64,000 nucleotides of DNA from Candidatus Micrarchaeota archaeon (GTDB lineage: Archaea > Micrarchaeota > Micrarchaeia > Micrarchaeales > Micrarchaeaceae): contig JAJZYW010000001.1 of NCBI GenBank assembly GCA_021797895.1, positions 25,506-89,505 on the forward strand. Reading direction: 5' to 3'. The translations under genes and the position numbers were made by a program. This document shows, piece by piece, positions 17,365 to 26,540 of the stretch. The notes beneath the pieces are model-generated. The model was not told the DNA's origin. It did not search any database and saw only the letters and a program-made list of their open reading frames with translations. Every line of letters starts with the position of its first letter. Position 1 is the first letter of the stretch.

Positions 17365-18465
17365 TTATTTTCCTGTGAATAGTTCATCAAGGTCGATGGG
17401 CTCGTTCTTGCTTATGCTCTTTATGCTCCTCTTTATTCCTTCCTCAGTATATTCAGGGAAGTCTACGCCGCTTATGACTATCATAACTTTGAGCATGTCC
17501 TTCTGCATGCCCTCCTCTATCCTTGCGCCCCACTTTACCATTGCATCGTCGCTTATCCTGTTTGATACCTCCTGGAATATCATCTCTGCCTCGCGGAGCG
17601 TTAGGCTCTCGCCGCCGGTTATGTTTACCAGTGCCTTCTTCGCGTTGGAGAAGTCCACGTCGAGAAGCGGGCTCTTTATGGCATTTTCAAGCGCCACTGC
17701 CGCTCTGCTGGTGCCGTCGTTTGTAGGCATCCCTTCGCCAGTGCCGATTACAGCGTAACCTGATTCCTTGAGCACAGCGCGGAGATCCGCAAAGTCTATG
17801 TTTACCATGCCAGGCTTGGTCACCATTTCCACTATGCCTTTCGCTGCGCTGGCGAGAACTTCGTCCGAGACCCTGAAAGCCATGTTGAGCGGAAGGTCTG
17901 GGGCTATGGAAAGCAGCTTGTCGTTGTGGATTATTATTGTTGTATCGCACACCTTCCTAAGTTTTGAGAGCCCTTCCAGGGCATTCTTCATCCTTACCCT
18001 GCCTTCGCTCGAGAATGGAAGCGTGACTATTGCTATCGTGAGCGCGCCCGCCTCCCTTGCCTCATGGGCTATGGTGGCTATTGAGCCTGTGCCTGTGCCC
18101 CCACCCAGACCGCAGGTTATGAATACCATCTGCGAATCCGAAAGCAGATGCCTTATCTCCTCCTTGCTCTCTATCGCAGCTTCCTCTCCTACTTTTATAT
18201 CACTGCCTGCTCCAAGCCCTCTTGTCACCTTCTTGCCGAGAAGCAGCTTTCTCTCTGAACGCGTCTTGACGAGGTGTGGAGCATCGGTATTCATGGCTAC
18301 CAATGTCGCATCCTTTACTCCTATAGCATTGAGCCTGTTGATGGTGTTGCTGCCCGAGCCTCCGGTGCCCACAACATAAATCTTCGGCTTGGAAGATTCT
18401 ATAAACTTCAGTATCTCTTCGTCATCTGGGCTTAGCGCCTCGTCTTTCTGAATAGAATCATCCAT
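17365..18465 (-). CDS. ftsZ: Cell division GTPase FtsZ
   Basis: Tubulin/FtsZ signatures VVGTGGSGSNTINRL and CGLGGGTGTGS. 366 aa. Confidence 0.9.
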   Translation of the reverse strand: MDDSIQKDEALSPDDEEILKFIESSKPKIYVVGTGGSGSNTINRLNAIGVKDATLVAMNTDAPHLVKTRSERKLLLGKKVTRGLGAGSDIKVGEEAAIESKEEIRHLLSDSQMVFITCGLGGGTGTGSIATIAHEAREAGALTIAIVTLPFSSEGRVRMKNALEGLSKLRKVCDTTIIIHNDKLLSIAPDLPLNMAFRVSDEVLASAAKGIVEMVTKPGMVNIDFADLRAVLKESGYAVIGTGEGMPTNDGTSRAAVALENAIKSPLLDVDFSNAKKALVNITGGESLTLREAEMIFQEVSNRISDDAMVKWGARIEEGMQKDMLKVMIVISGVDFPEYTEEGIKRSIKSISKNEPIDLDELFTGK

Positions 18466-18633
18466 GAAAATCTACCGGTGTTTTATACATTAATATTCGG
18501 TATGAAGCATTAAATAATTTGCGCAACCAGAGAAGGCGCGGAACAGCAATGCATATATGCCAGGATAATCAGCTTCATCAACCACAAAAAAATAATAAAT
18601 AGCTCTGCCATAAGATTGTTATTGGTGAATTCG

Positions 18634-19584
18634 ATGGAAGCTTCAAAAAATAAAATTGTTGGGAAGAAGATCAAGGATATAAGGATAACAAAGGGCATGA
18701 AAGTGTCCGCGCTTTTCGACGAAATGTCGGATATGGGAGGGTTCTCAGGACAGCATATGGCAAGGGGCAAGGAAATATTGGGGGAGATGATAGCCAACAA
18801 GGACTCGTTCAACTTCCTGTCCTTTCCGGCAGATATAGTCTCAACGGGACTCAGGGGAGTGCTTGCCGGTATGGTAAAGTATTTCGACGCGATAATAACC
18901 ACTTGCGGCACTCTCGACCACGACATAGCAAGGGCATACGGCGGCATCTATTCGAAGGGTACGTTTGAGGCGGATGACGCTGCGCTCCATAGGGCAAAGG
19001 TATACAGGCTTGGAAACGTGTTTATAGAGAACTACCAGTACGGTGGTAAGCTTGAAGAGGCCTTCAACTCTACAATGAAGGAGCTTTATTCCTCTAAAGA
19101 TTACAAGGCAGAGTATTCGCCCAGCGAGCTGATAAACGAATTTGGGAAGAGAATCAAGGATCCTGGATCCATACTTAGACAGGCTTACCTGAACAACGTG
19201 CCGATATACAATCCAGGCATAGTGGATGGAGCCTTCGGAACACAGCTTGCCATCTTCTCGCAGGACCACGACTTCAAGCTCAACATGCTCAAGGATGAGC
19301 TTGCACTGAGCAACATATCCTTTGACAACAAAACCACCGGCGCCATGATGATAGGGGGAGGAATCAGCAAGCACCACGTAATCTGGTGGAACCAGTTCAA
19401 AGGAGGCTTGGATTATGCTGTCTACATAACCACGGCTTCGCAGTTCGACGGGAGCCTTTCGGGCGCGAGGCTGACCGAGGCAGTATCATGGGGAAAGATA
19501 AAGGAGAAGGCGAAATACGTGACCATTGACGGGGACGCGACTATAGTGCTTCCATTCATGGCAGCTGCGCTTGGACTTTCCTGA
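18634..19584 (+). CDS. dys: Deoxyhypusine synthase
   Basis: Length and motifs (...TTCGTLDHD..., ...MIGGGISKHH...) match the deoxyhypusine synthase family. ATG 18634 preferred over TTG 18616. Confidence 0.8.
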   Translation: MEASKNKIVGKKIKDIRITKGMKVSALFDEMSDMGGFSGQHMARGKEILGEMIANKDSFNFLSFPADIVSTGLRGVLAGMVKYFDAIITTCGTLDHDIARAYGGIYSKGTFEADDAALHRAKVYRLGNVFIENYQYGGKLEEAFNSTMKELYSSKDYKAEYSPSELINEFGKRIKDPGSILRQAYLNNVPIYNPGIVDGAFGTQLAIFSQDHDFKLNMLKDELALSNISFDNKTTGAMMIGGGISKHHVIWWNQFKGGLDYAVYITTASQFDGSLSGARLTEAVSWGKIKEKAKYVTIDGDATIVLPFMAAALGLS

Positions 19585-20874
19585 TCATCCCGGTATCTCT
19601 ATCGTGTCGCCGACAGCAGGAGCATAGGCGTCGAAGCCTTCGCCGTTAAGCGTTTCGGCAAAGTGCATCGTATGCTCCCTGTCGCCGTGCACGCATATCA
19701 CGTGGTTTGGAGCGCTCGCCCTAACGTACTCATAAAGGTCGGAATCGCTTGCGTGGGCTGAAAAATCGTACTGCTCGACTTCGTTGTTTATCCTTATCTT
19801 AGAATTCTTTACAGTGATGGAGCCGCTTTCAAGTATCTGCCTGCCATTAGTTCCTTCTGCCTGGTACCCTGTTAGGAGTATTTTGGAATATTTGTTCAGC
19901 TTGGTTATGTAATTGAGCACAGGGCCGCCGTTGAGCATTCCTGCAGTTGTAAGTATTATCGACGGTTCCTCGAGAGCCTCCTTTCTTACGTGGTAATCGT
20001 CTACCCACACCGTTTCCATTATCGCCTTCGAAAGCACATCCCCGTTCTTTATGAATTTGGAGTTCTTTGACACTATGGTTGTAGCGGCCCTTGCCATTCC
20101 GTCGACATACGATATGGGGGTCAGCCTGTGCTTGTATAGCATAGCTAGAATCTCCTGACTCCTCCCCACCGCGAAAACAGGTATGAGGGCCGTACCTCCA
20201 TTGTCCAGCGTCGCCTTTATGTCTTCGATAAACTTCTCCTCGAGCTTATGCCTATCTGGATGCTCGCGCGACTCGTAAGTTGATTCTATGATTAGAACAT
20301 CGCTCTTGACTATGTCAGCCCCGGAGTGCAGAAACTGCTTGCCCAGCTTGAAGTCGCCAGTGTATACGACACGCTTGTTCTCCTTGCCTTTCTTCCTGTC
20401 TATCAGCGTTACCGCGCTGCCGCATATGTGGCCTGCGTCGTACAGCTCGATTTCGTAATTACCGAACGGCATGGGCTGCCTGAAATTCAGCGGAACGAAT
20501 TTGGTGTTGTAAATGTTAGCCTGCCGCTTATGATAGTGTATGTTTGAATGCTCGTTCTTTGCTATCTTCATCGCGTCTTCTATGAGCAGCATTGAAAGCT
20601 CGAGCGTGGGCTTGGTTCCAAATGACGGGCAGGAGTTCTCATTGTACAACGCAGGGGCAAACCCGCTATGGTCGAGGTGCGCATGGCTTATTACCGCAGC
20701 ATCGATTGTTGGTATTGCAGTTGGAAACTCGGTCTTGTGATCAACTTTGATCCCGAAGTCGAGCATTATCTTTCTATCATCCGATAACAGGATGGAAGAC
20801 CTTCCGACTTCCTGTGCTCCTCCGAAGAAACTAAATCGCAAAGAACCACATTGCCGCATAAAACAGGCTGACAA
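19585..20874 (-). CDS. Metallo-beta-lactamase / beta-CASP family ribonuclease (aCPSF2- or RNase J-like, no KH domains)
   Basis: FFGGAQEVGRSS N-terminus, HAHLDHSG motif and a 429-aa size typical of archaeal beta-CASP RNases. ATG 20859 is an alternative start. Confidence 0.75.
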   Translation of the reverse strand: MSACFMRQCGSLRFSFFGGAQEVGRSSILLSDDRKIMLDFGIKVDHKTEFPTAIPTIDAAVISHAHLDHSGFAPALYNENSCPSFGTKPTLELSMLLIEDAMKIAKNEHSNIHYHKRQANIYNTKFVPLNFRQPMPFGNYEIELYDAGHICGSAVTLIDRKKGKENKRVVYTGDFKLGKQFLHSGADIVKSDVLIIESTYESREHPDRHKLEEKFIEDIKATLDNGGTALIPVFAVGRSQEILAMLYKHRLTPISYVDGMARAATTIVSKNSKFIKNGDVLSKAIMETVWVDDYHVRKEALEEPSIILTTAGMLNGGPVLNYITKLNKYSKILLTGYQAEGTNGRQILESGSITVKNSKIRINNEVEQYDFSAHASDSDLYEYVRASAPNHVICVHGDREHTMHFAETLNGEGFDAYAPAVGDTIEIPG

Positions 20875-20943
20875 TCACACTTTATTAAAATACATATATA
20901 AAAGTTCTGATGGATATAATCGTAAAATCTACCGAATGATTGC

Positions 20944-21693
20944 ATGTCTTCCGAACCTAATTTCATTGATGTAGTCGCGCTTACAAGGATAACCCCGCAA
21001 ACATACGTGGAGAACTTTGGCAGCGCGATAAACTCCTCATTTTTTGATGCGTCAAACATACTTGGCACGCTGAGGATGAAAAAACTGGTCGATTTCGAGA
21101 CCAACTTTCCCGGCCAGAATGAGATAAAGATAACAGAAACAGGGAACAAACTCCTCCAAGACCTTTCAGCAAAGGCGGAAAGCGAGTTTGACCATCTCGA
21201 CATGGAGATAATTGAGCAGCTGTCAAAAGGGAAGAGATCGCTGCCAGACATCTCAGGTGCGATAAACATAGCGGAGACGGACATGGCTATGCACCTCTAC
21301 AAGCTCTCAAAGCAGGGCTTCGCAACATACGAGATAAGGAATGGGGTGATAGCAATTTCATTGACAGAGAAGGGTTTCATGAGAGCGAAGGAGGGAATGC
21401 CGCAGAAGGCACAGGCACAGGCTGCGGCACCACAACCGGGAGCGACAATACCTGCCCAGGCGAACCCTCTTCAGGCAGGAAAAGCAGAAGCGCAGCAGAT
21501 GGGTGATGTGTTGCAGCAGAGTGGCGCCAAGGAAGCCAGACCGCAGATGCCAGGAGGCGAGTATGACGAGAAAGAGGCGCAGGAACTGCAGAAGATGGCA
21601 CCAAGAAAATCGGGCATGAAAAAACCTGCGATACTGATTTTATTGGCTATAATAATTATAATTTTGGTGGTACTCCTAATCAAGAGCTTGTGA
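20944..21693 (+). CDS. Hypothetical tail-anchored membrane protein with two winged-helix-like modules and a Q/A/P-rich linker
   Basis: 249 aa with a single C-terminal hydrophobic helix (PAILILLAIIIIILVVLLI). Two segments have a similar pattern (ILGTLRMKKLVDFE...IKITETGNKLL and MHLYKLSKQGFATYEIRNGVIAISLTEKGF). No family recognised. Confidence 0.5.
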   Translation: MSSEPNFIDVVALTRITPQTYVENFGSAINSSFFDASNILGTLRMKKLVDFETNFPGQNEIKITETGNKLLQDLSAKAESEFDHLDMEIIEQLSKGKRSLPDISGAINIAETDMAMHLYKLSKQGFATYEIRNGVIAISLTEKGFMRAKEGMPQKAQAQAAAPQPGATIPAQANPLQAGKAEAQQMGDVLQQSGAKEARPQMPGGEYDEKEAQELQKMAPRKSGMKKPAILILLAIIIIILVVLLIKSL

Positions 21694-21700
21694 TGGTCGC

Positions 21701-22315
21701 ATGGCACGTCTTTTGGAATATGAAAAAGCTAGAGCGCTTCTTGACAGGTATGGGATAAGGTCAATCGATAGCAGATATCTTCAGAGCGGAAAGGAAGCTG
21801 CGAGCTTCGCGGAGAAGGGCAACATTGCAATGAAGGCGATATCGCAGAAGGCGCTCCATAAAACAAAAAGCGGACTTGTAGTGCTCAACGTATCAAGCGA
21901 TAATGCCGAGAAGGCTTTTGCGGAGCTCTCAAAGAAGGCTGAAAAATACAGACCGTACAGGATATTGGGCCAGAGAATGGCTCCGAGCGGCCTGGAGATA
22001 ATAGTCGGAGGCAGAACAGACGAGCAGTTCGGAAAGCTTATACTTATAGGTCTGGGCGGGATATATGTAGAGGTATTTAGGGATTTTGCCCTAAGGGTGT
22101 GCCCAATATCGCGCCACGACGCAGAATCGATGATAGAACAATTGAAATCGAAAAGCGTGATTGCGAAAGATACTGAAACGGAGCGCATGCTTGTGGACCT
22201 TCTGCTTAAGGTTTCGAAGATGCTCTCAGAGAATGACATTACTGAATTGGACCTCAATCCGATAATATTGCACGAAAAGGGCTACGATGCAGTGGACCTG
22301 AGGGTAATGGTATAG
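21701..22315 (+). CDS. acdB: Acetyl-CoA synthetase (ADP-forming), beta subunit (ATP-grasp domain)
   Basis: 204-aa ATP-grasp-like protein (LLEYEKARALLDRYGI...) sitting immediately upstream of the alpha subunit. Confidence 0.7.
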   Translation: MARLLEYEKARALLDRYGIRSIDSRYLQSGKEAASFAEKGNIAMKAISQKALHKTKSGLVVLNVSSDNAEKAFAELSKKAEKYRPYRILGQRMAPSGLEIIVGGRTDEQFGKLILIGLGGIYVEVFRDFALRVCPISRHDAESMIEQLKSKSVIAKDTETERMLVDLLLKVSKMLSENDITELDLNPIILHEKGYDAVDLRVMV

Positions 22316-23728
22316 GTGGCAATCATGGACATCAAGACAAGGAGAAAACTTTTTGACATTTTAATGGCTCCGCGCAGTGTTGCCATAGTTGGAGCTACAA
22401 GCAACCCAAACAAGGTCGGGCACATAATACTGCAGAACTACATCGACGTAGGATACGACGGCGCAATGTTTCCGGTGAACATAAACGCCAAGCAAGGAGA
22501 CAGGATAATGGGCTACAAGGCCTACAGAAGCATAAAATCCATAGGAAAACAGCTTGACCTTGTAGTCATAGCAGTGCCAGCCGAAGCGACGCCTTCAATA
22601 CTTGAGGAATGCAGGATTGCAAAGGTAAAGAGTGTCGTAGTAGTCAGCGGAGGGTATGCCGAGATAGGAAGGAAGGACCTGCAGGACAAGCTTGTTGAGA
22701 TAACGAGAAAAAGCTCCTTCATATTGATGGGACCAAACTGCCTCGGAATAATGAATACACGCGCTAGAGTGGATACGCTGTTCCTTCCCACATTCAAGAT
22801 AGACAGGCCAAAGATAGGGGGAGTAAGCTTTGCATCCCAGAGCGGCGCGGTCGGCAGCTCGATATTGGACATGATTGACGCAGAGGGCTTCGGTCTATCG
22901 AAATTCATATCCTACGGGAATGCAATAGACATAGATGAAGTCGACATATTGGATTACCTGGCCAGGGATGACGAGACGACTGTGGTCATTTTCTATATGG
23001 AAGGTGCGAAACGCGGCAAGGAATTCATAGAGGCGGCCAAGGAGATAACAGCGAAGAAGCCCGTAATAATGATAAAGGGAGGTGCTACAGAGGCCGGAGC
23101 CACCGCAGCCCATTCACACACCGCTTCGCTTGCTGGAAGCTATCAGGCGTATGAAGCCGTGTTCAGGCAGTTTGGGATAACACAGGCAAAGACAATGCAG
23201 GATGTGATGGACTTTGCAAAGATGTTCGAGACGCAACCGTTCCCAAAAGGGAGGAGAATTGCAATAATAACCAACGGCGGAGGAGTTGGGGTGATAGCTA
23301 CAGACGCGTTATACGAGGCAGGCCTGGAACTTGCCTCCTTCTCCAAGGAATCCGAGAAGGCTCTTAGGAAGATTATGCCGCCAATAGTGAACATAAAGAT
23401 GCCGATGGATATGGCAGGCGATGCGGATGACAAGAGATTTGCCGCAGCTCTTGAGGTGGCGAGCTCAGACCCTAACGTGGACGCCATAATGGTTATAGCA
23501 CTTTTCCAGACCCCTGGCGCGGATTCCAGGGTAGCAGCAAGCCTGATAAACTATTCCGCTACACGCGTTAAGCCGATAGCAGTAGTGAGTCCAGGGGGAA
23601 GCTACACCCAGGCGCACAGGAACATGATGGAGAGCTCCGGAGTCCCGGTATACTCATCGCCTGATCAGGCCGCTCGGGCTTTTAAAGCCTTGCTTGAGTA
23701 TAAGGAGTACAGGGACTCAATAAGGTGA
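22316..23728 (+). CDS. acdA: Acetyl-CoA synthetase (ADP-forming), alpha subunit (CoA-binding and ligase-CoA domains)
   Basis: CoA-binding motif SVAIVGATSNPNKVGH and phosphohistidine-loop-like AAHSHTASLAGS. 470 aa; ATG 22325 is an alternative start. Confidence 0.8.
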   Translation: MAIMDIKTRRKLFDILMAPRSVAIVGATSNPNKVGHIILQNYIDVGYDGAMFPVNINAKQGDRIMGYKAYRSIKSIGKQLDLVVIAVPAEATPSILEECRIAKVKSVVVVSGGYAEIGRKDLQDKLVEITRKSSFILMGPNCLGIMNTRARVDTLFLPTFKIDRPKIGGVSFASQSGAVGSSILDMIDAEGFGLSKFISYGNAIDIDEVDILDYLARDDETTVVIFYMEGAKRGKEFIEAAKEITAKKPVIMIKGGATEAGATAAHSHTASLAGSYQAYEAVFRQFGITQAKTMQDVMDFAKMFETQPFPKGRRIAIITNGGGVGVIATDALYEAGLELASFSKESEKALRKIMPPIVNIKMPMDMAGDADDKRFAAALEVASSDPNVDAIMVIALFQTPGADSRVAASLINYSATRVKPIAVVSPGGSYTQAHRNMMESSGVPVYSSPDQAARAFKALLEYKEYRDSIR

Positions 23729-23732
23729 TTGC

Positions 23733-25055
23733 GTGGCGCAAAAGCTTTCGAAAAAGGTACAGAACATAATAGCCAGGGATAAAAAGGTGTTTCTTACCAC
23801 CACTAGGGAGCCATTTCCATTCGTTCCGCACAGAGGGGAGGGAGACTTCGCATACGACATCGACGACAGGAAGTTCATAGACTTTACCAGCTTCATATCG
23901 GTATACAATCTTGGCGTGAACTCGAACAGCAGCGTTAGGAACGCGATAAAGAAGCAGATAGACCTTCTAATGCATTCTGCGTTCACTGACTTCTATGGCG
24001 AAATGCCGGTAAAGTTCGGCGAGGAGCTCCTCAAGCTCATGCCGAGGGGATTCGGCAAACTTTTCCTTTCCAATTCGGGCACAGAAGCAAATGAGGCTGC
24101 CATAAAATTCGCAAAGATATACAGCAACAGGGGCTACATACTAGGATTCTACAACGCCTTCCATGGAAGGACCGGGGGCTCGCTCGGCGTTACCGCTTCA
24201 AAATCTATACAGAGAGAGCATTTCGGACCCTTCCCGAACGACATACACGCACCATTCCCCTACTGCTACAGGTGCCCGTTCAATGAGACGTATCCTGGAT
24301 GCGGATTTGCATGCATAGACTACATAAAGAAATACCCATTGTCCAAGGAAGTCGGCCCCAAGGAGGTTAGCGCAATAATGTTCGAGCCGATACAAGGCGA
24401 GGGAGGCTACATAGTCCCGCCAAAGGATTACTTCAAGGAGCTCAAGAAACTTGCTGATGAGAACGGGATACTGATGATTGCTGATGAAGTCCAGTCCGGA
24501 TACATGAGGACCGGAAAGTTCCTCGCACTGGAGAACTTCGGCGTAACTGCGGATATATACACCATGGCGAAGTCGGTTGGCGCTGGGCTTCCGATAGGAG
24601 TTACAGCAGTGAGCAGTGCGCTGGGCGACATACCTTATGGGAAGCATGCAAACACCTTCGGCGGAAACTTTGCAGTCACCGCAGGAGGGTATGAAGCTCT
24701 CAAACAGATAAATTCGAAGAAAGCTAAGCTCTCGGAAGAGATAGTACAGAAAGGCAGGTACATAATGAAGCGCCTTGAGAGGATGAAGGAAGATTACGAA
24801 ATAATTGGTGATGTGAGGGGGATAGGGCTTATGATAGGCGTCGAGTTCGTAAAAGACAAGAAAGGCAAAGAGCCCAATCCTGAGGTCAGGGATAAGGTGC
24901 AACTCAAATGCTTTGACAGGGGACTGCTGCTCCTTCCTTCTGGGGAGTCGACGATACGCATAATACCTCCGCTTACAGTGAGGAAGAGCACGATAGACAG
25001 CGGAATGGATATATTCGAAGACGCGGTCAGGGAAGTTTCAAGGCAGAACGCATAG
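23733..25055 (+). CDS. Class-III pyridoxal-phosphate aminotransferase (GABA/ornithine/acetylornithine aminotransferase family)
   Basis: SNSGTEANEAA, ADEVQSGYMRTGK and TMAKSVGAGLPIG (PLP-lysine region). 440 aa. Confidence 0.8.
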   Translation: MAQKLSKKVQNIIARDKKVFLTTTREPFPFVPHRGEGDFAYDIDDRKFIDFTSFISVYNLGVNSNSSVRNAIKKQIDLLMHSAFTDFYGEMPVKFGEELLKLMPRGFGKLFLSNSGTEANEAAIKFAKIYSNRGYILGFYNAFHGRTGGSLGVTASKSIQREHFGPFPNDIHAPFPYCYRCPFNETYPGCGFACIDYIKKYPLSKEVGPKEVSAIMFEPIQGEGGYIVPPKDYFKELKKLADENGILMIADEVQSGYMRTGKFLALENFGVTADIYTMAKSVGAGLPIGVTAVSSALGDIPYGKHANTFGGNFAVTAGGYEALKQINSKKAKLSEEIVQKGRYIMKRLERMKEDYEIIGDVRGIGLMIGVEFVKDKKGKEPNPEVRDKVQLKCFDRGLLLLPSGESTIRIIPPLTVRKSTIDSGMDIFEDAVREVSRQNA

Positions 25056-25057
25056 CT

Positions 25058-26503
25058 TCAGTATGACTTGCCGAAGTTTAGCCTGTGCTTTGCAGGCTTT
25101 CCGCAATACACGCACACGCCATTTATGTTTTCCTGCTCGCCGAATGGTATGTTTGAGGATCTTGCGGCGGTCTCTTCCTTTATCTTCGCTTCGCACTCCT
25201 TGTCGCCGCACCACAGCGCCTTGACTGCGTAGCCAGATTTCACTGCATCTTTCAGCTTTTCATAGTTTTCCACAGCAATTATCTTAGTCTTTATCAGGCT
25301 TTTAGACTTCTGATACAAGTTTTCATGTATTTCTTGGAGCAGCTTGGATACCGAAACAGCCAAATTCGTCACCTGCACGCTCTCTTTGACAAATGTATCC
25401 CTGCGGAATAGGGTTACGGAGTTTGATTCCATCTCCTTCTTGCCTATTTCTATCCTTACAGGAACTCCTGCTCTCTCCCACTCGTTGAACTTCCATCCGG
25501 GAGAATACGCGTCGCTGTCGTCGACAAAAACTCTGAAATCCTTAGATATGTTTTCCTTCACGCCGTCCGCATATTTGATGATCTCAGCCTTGTTTTGCTC
25601 CGAGTATATTGGAACCACAACGACCTGTATCCGTGCAAGCTTCGGCGGTATTATTACACCCTTGTCGTCACCGTGCATGCCGAGCATTATGCCTATCATC
25701 CTAGTGCTTATGGCGAAAGTGTTTTGATAGACGTATTGGCGCTTGCCCTCCTTGTCTAGAAAAGTGATGTCGAACGCTTTGGAGAATTTCTGCCCGTCTA
25801 TGTGGAAGTCGGGTCCCTGCGATATGCGCCCGTCAGGCATTACGAATTCTATGCTGAAGGTATTTTCAGCGCCTGCAAACTTTTCAGAGTCCGTTTTTTG
25901 ACCCACTATCCCTTCCAATGCAAGATACTCCTTGAGCACCTTTTTGTATATGCCAAGCACCTGATCGCGTTCGGCGGCAGCTTCTTCCCTTGTGGCGAAT
26001 ACTGTATGCCCCTCGTTCCACAGGAACTCCCTGCTCCTAAGCAGTGGGGTGGGATGCTTGAATTCCCACCTGACAACGTTGTTCCACTGATTGTACCTCA
26101 TTGGGAGATCGCGCCATGACCTTATCCATTTGGAATATGCGGGGTACATTATAGTCTCTGACGTGGGGCGCACTGCTAGCTCCTCCTCAAGCTCAGACTG
26201 GCCGCCCTTTGTAACCCATGCAACTTCTGCAGAGAAGCCCTCTATATGCTCCTTCTCCTTTTCAAGGAAGTGCTTTGGTATAAACAAGGGAAAATACACG
26301 TTCTGTATCCCAATCTCTTTGAAAAGCGGGTCCACAGCCTTCTGTATTGATTCCCAGATGTAATAGCCATCAGGACGGAATATCAAAGTTCCGGATACCT
26401 CTCCATAATCGAAAAGGCCGGAATGCATAACCGCTTGAACGTACCATTCAGAAAAATTTTCGTCCTTCTTTATCTGCTTCTCTATTTTTTCCATGAATAT
26501 CAA
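25058..26503 (-). CDS. proS: Prolyl-tRNA synthetase, archaeal/eukaryal type
   Basis: N-terminal ...FSEWYVQAV... A class II core is followed by a C-terminal Cys-containing domain (CGDKECE...CVYCG) that ends in the conserved terminal Tyr (...NFGKSY). Confidence 0.9.
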   Translation of the reverse strand: MIFMEKIEKQIKKDENFSEWYVQAVMHSGLFDYGEVSGTLIFRPDGYYIWESIQKAVDPLFKEIGIQNVYFPLFIPKHFLEKEKEHIEGFSAEVAWVTKGGQSELEEELAVRPTSETIMYPAYSKWIRSWRDLPMRYNQWNNVVRWEFKHPTPLLRSREFLWNEGHTVFATREEAAAERDQVLGIYKKVLKEYLALEGIVGQKTDSEKFAGAENTFSIEFVMPDGRISQGPDFHIDGQKFSKAFDITFLDKEGKRQYVYQNTFAISTRMIGIMLGMHGDDKGVIIPPKLARIQVVVVPIYSEQNKAEIIKYADGVKENISKDFRVFVDDSDAYSPGWKFNEWERAGVPVRIEIGKKEMESNSVTLFRRDTFVKESVQVTNLAVSVSKLLQEIHENLYQKSKSLIKTKIIAVENYEKLKDAVKSGYAVKALWCGDKECEAKIKEETAARSSNIPFGEQENINGVCVYCGKPAKHRLNFGKSY

Positions 26504-26540
26504 CTGTAATCATTTAATCTTTTATAATGCTTAATAAAAG

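Noticed and set aside
17172-17378. 68-aa track ORF downstream of S28e.
   Set aside because: The conserved L24e zinc-ribbon protein is encoded in a different frame (17167-17343). The track ORF is the out-of-frame artefact.
18510-18947. 145-aa minus-strand hydrophobic ORF spanning the ftsZ/deoxyhypusine synthase spacer.
   Set aside because: About two-thirds of it is antisense to the well-conserved deoxyhypusine synthase N-terminus, and no motif is recognisable. The remaining intergenic part is AT-rich promoter-like sequence.
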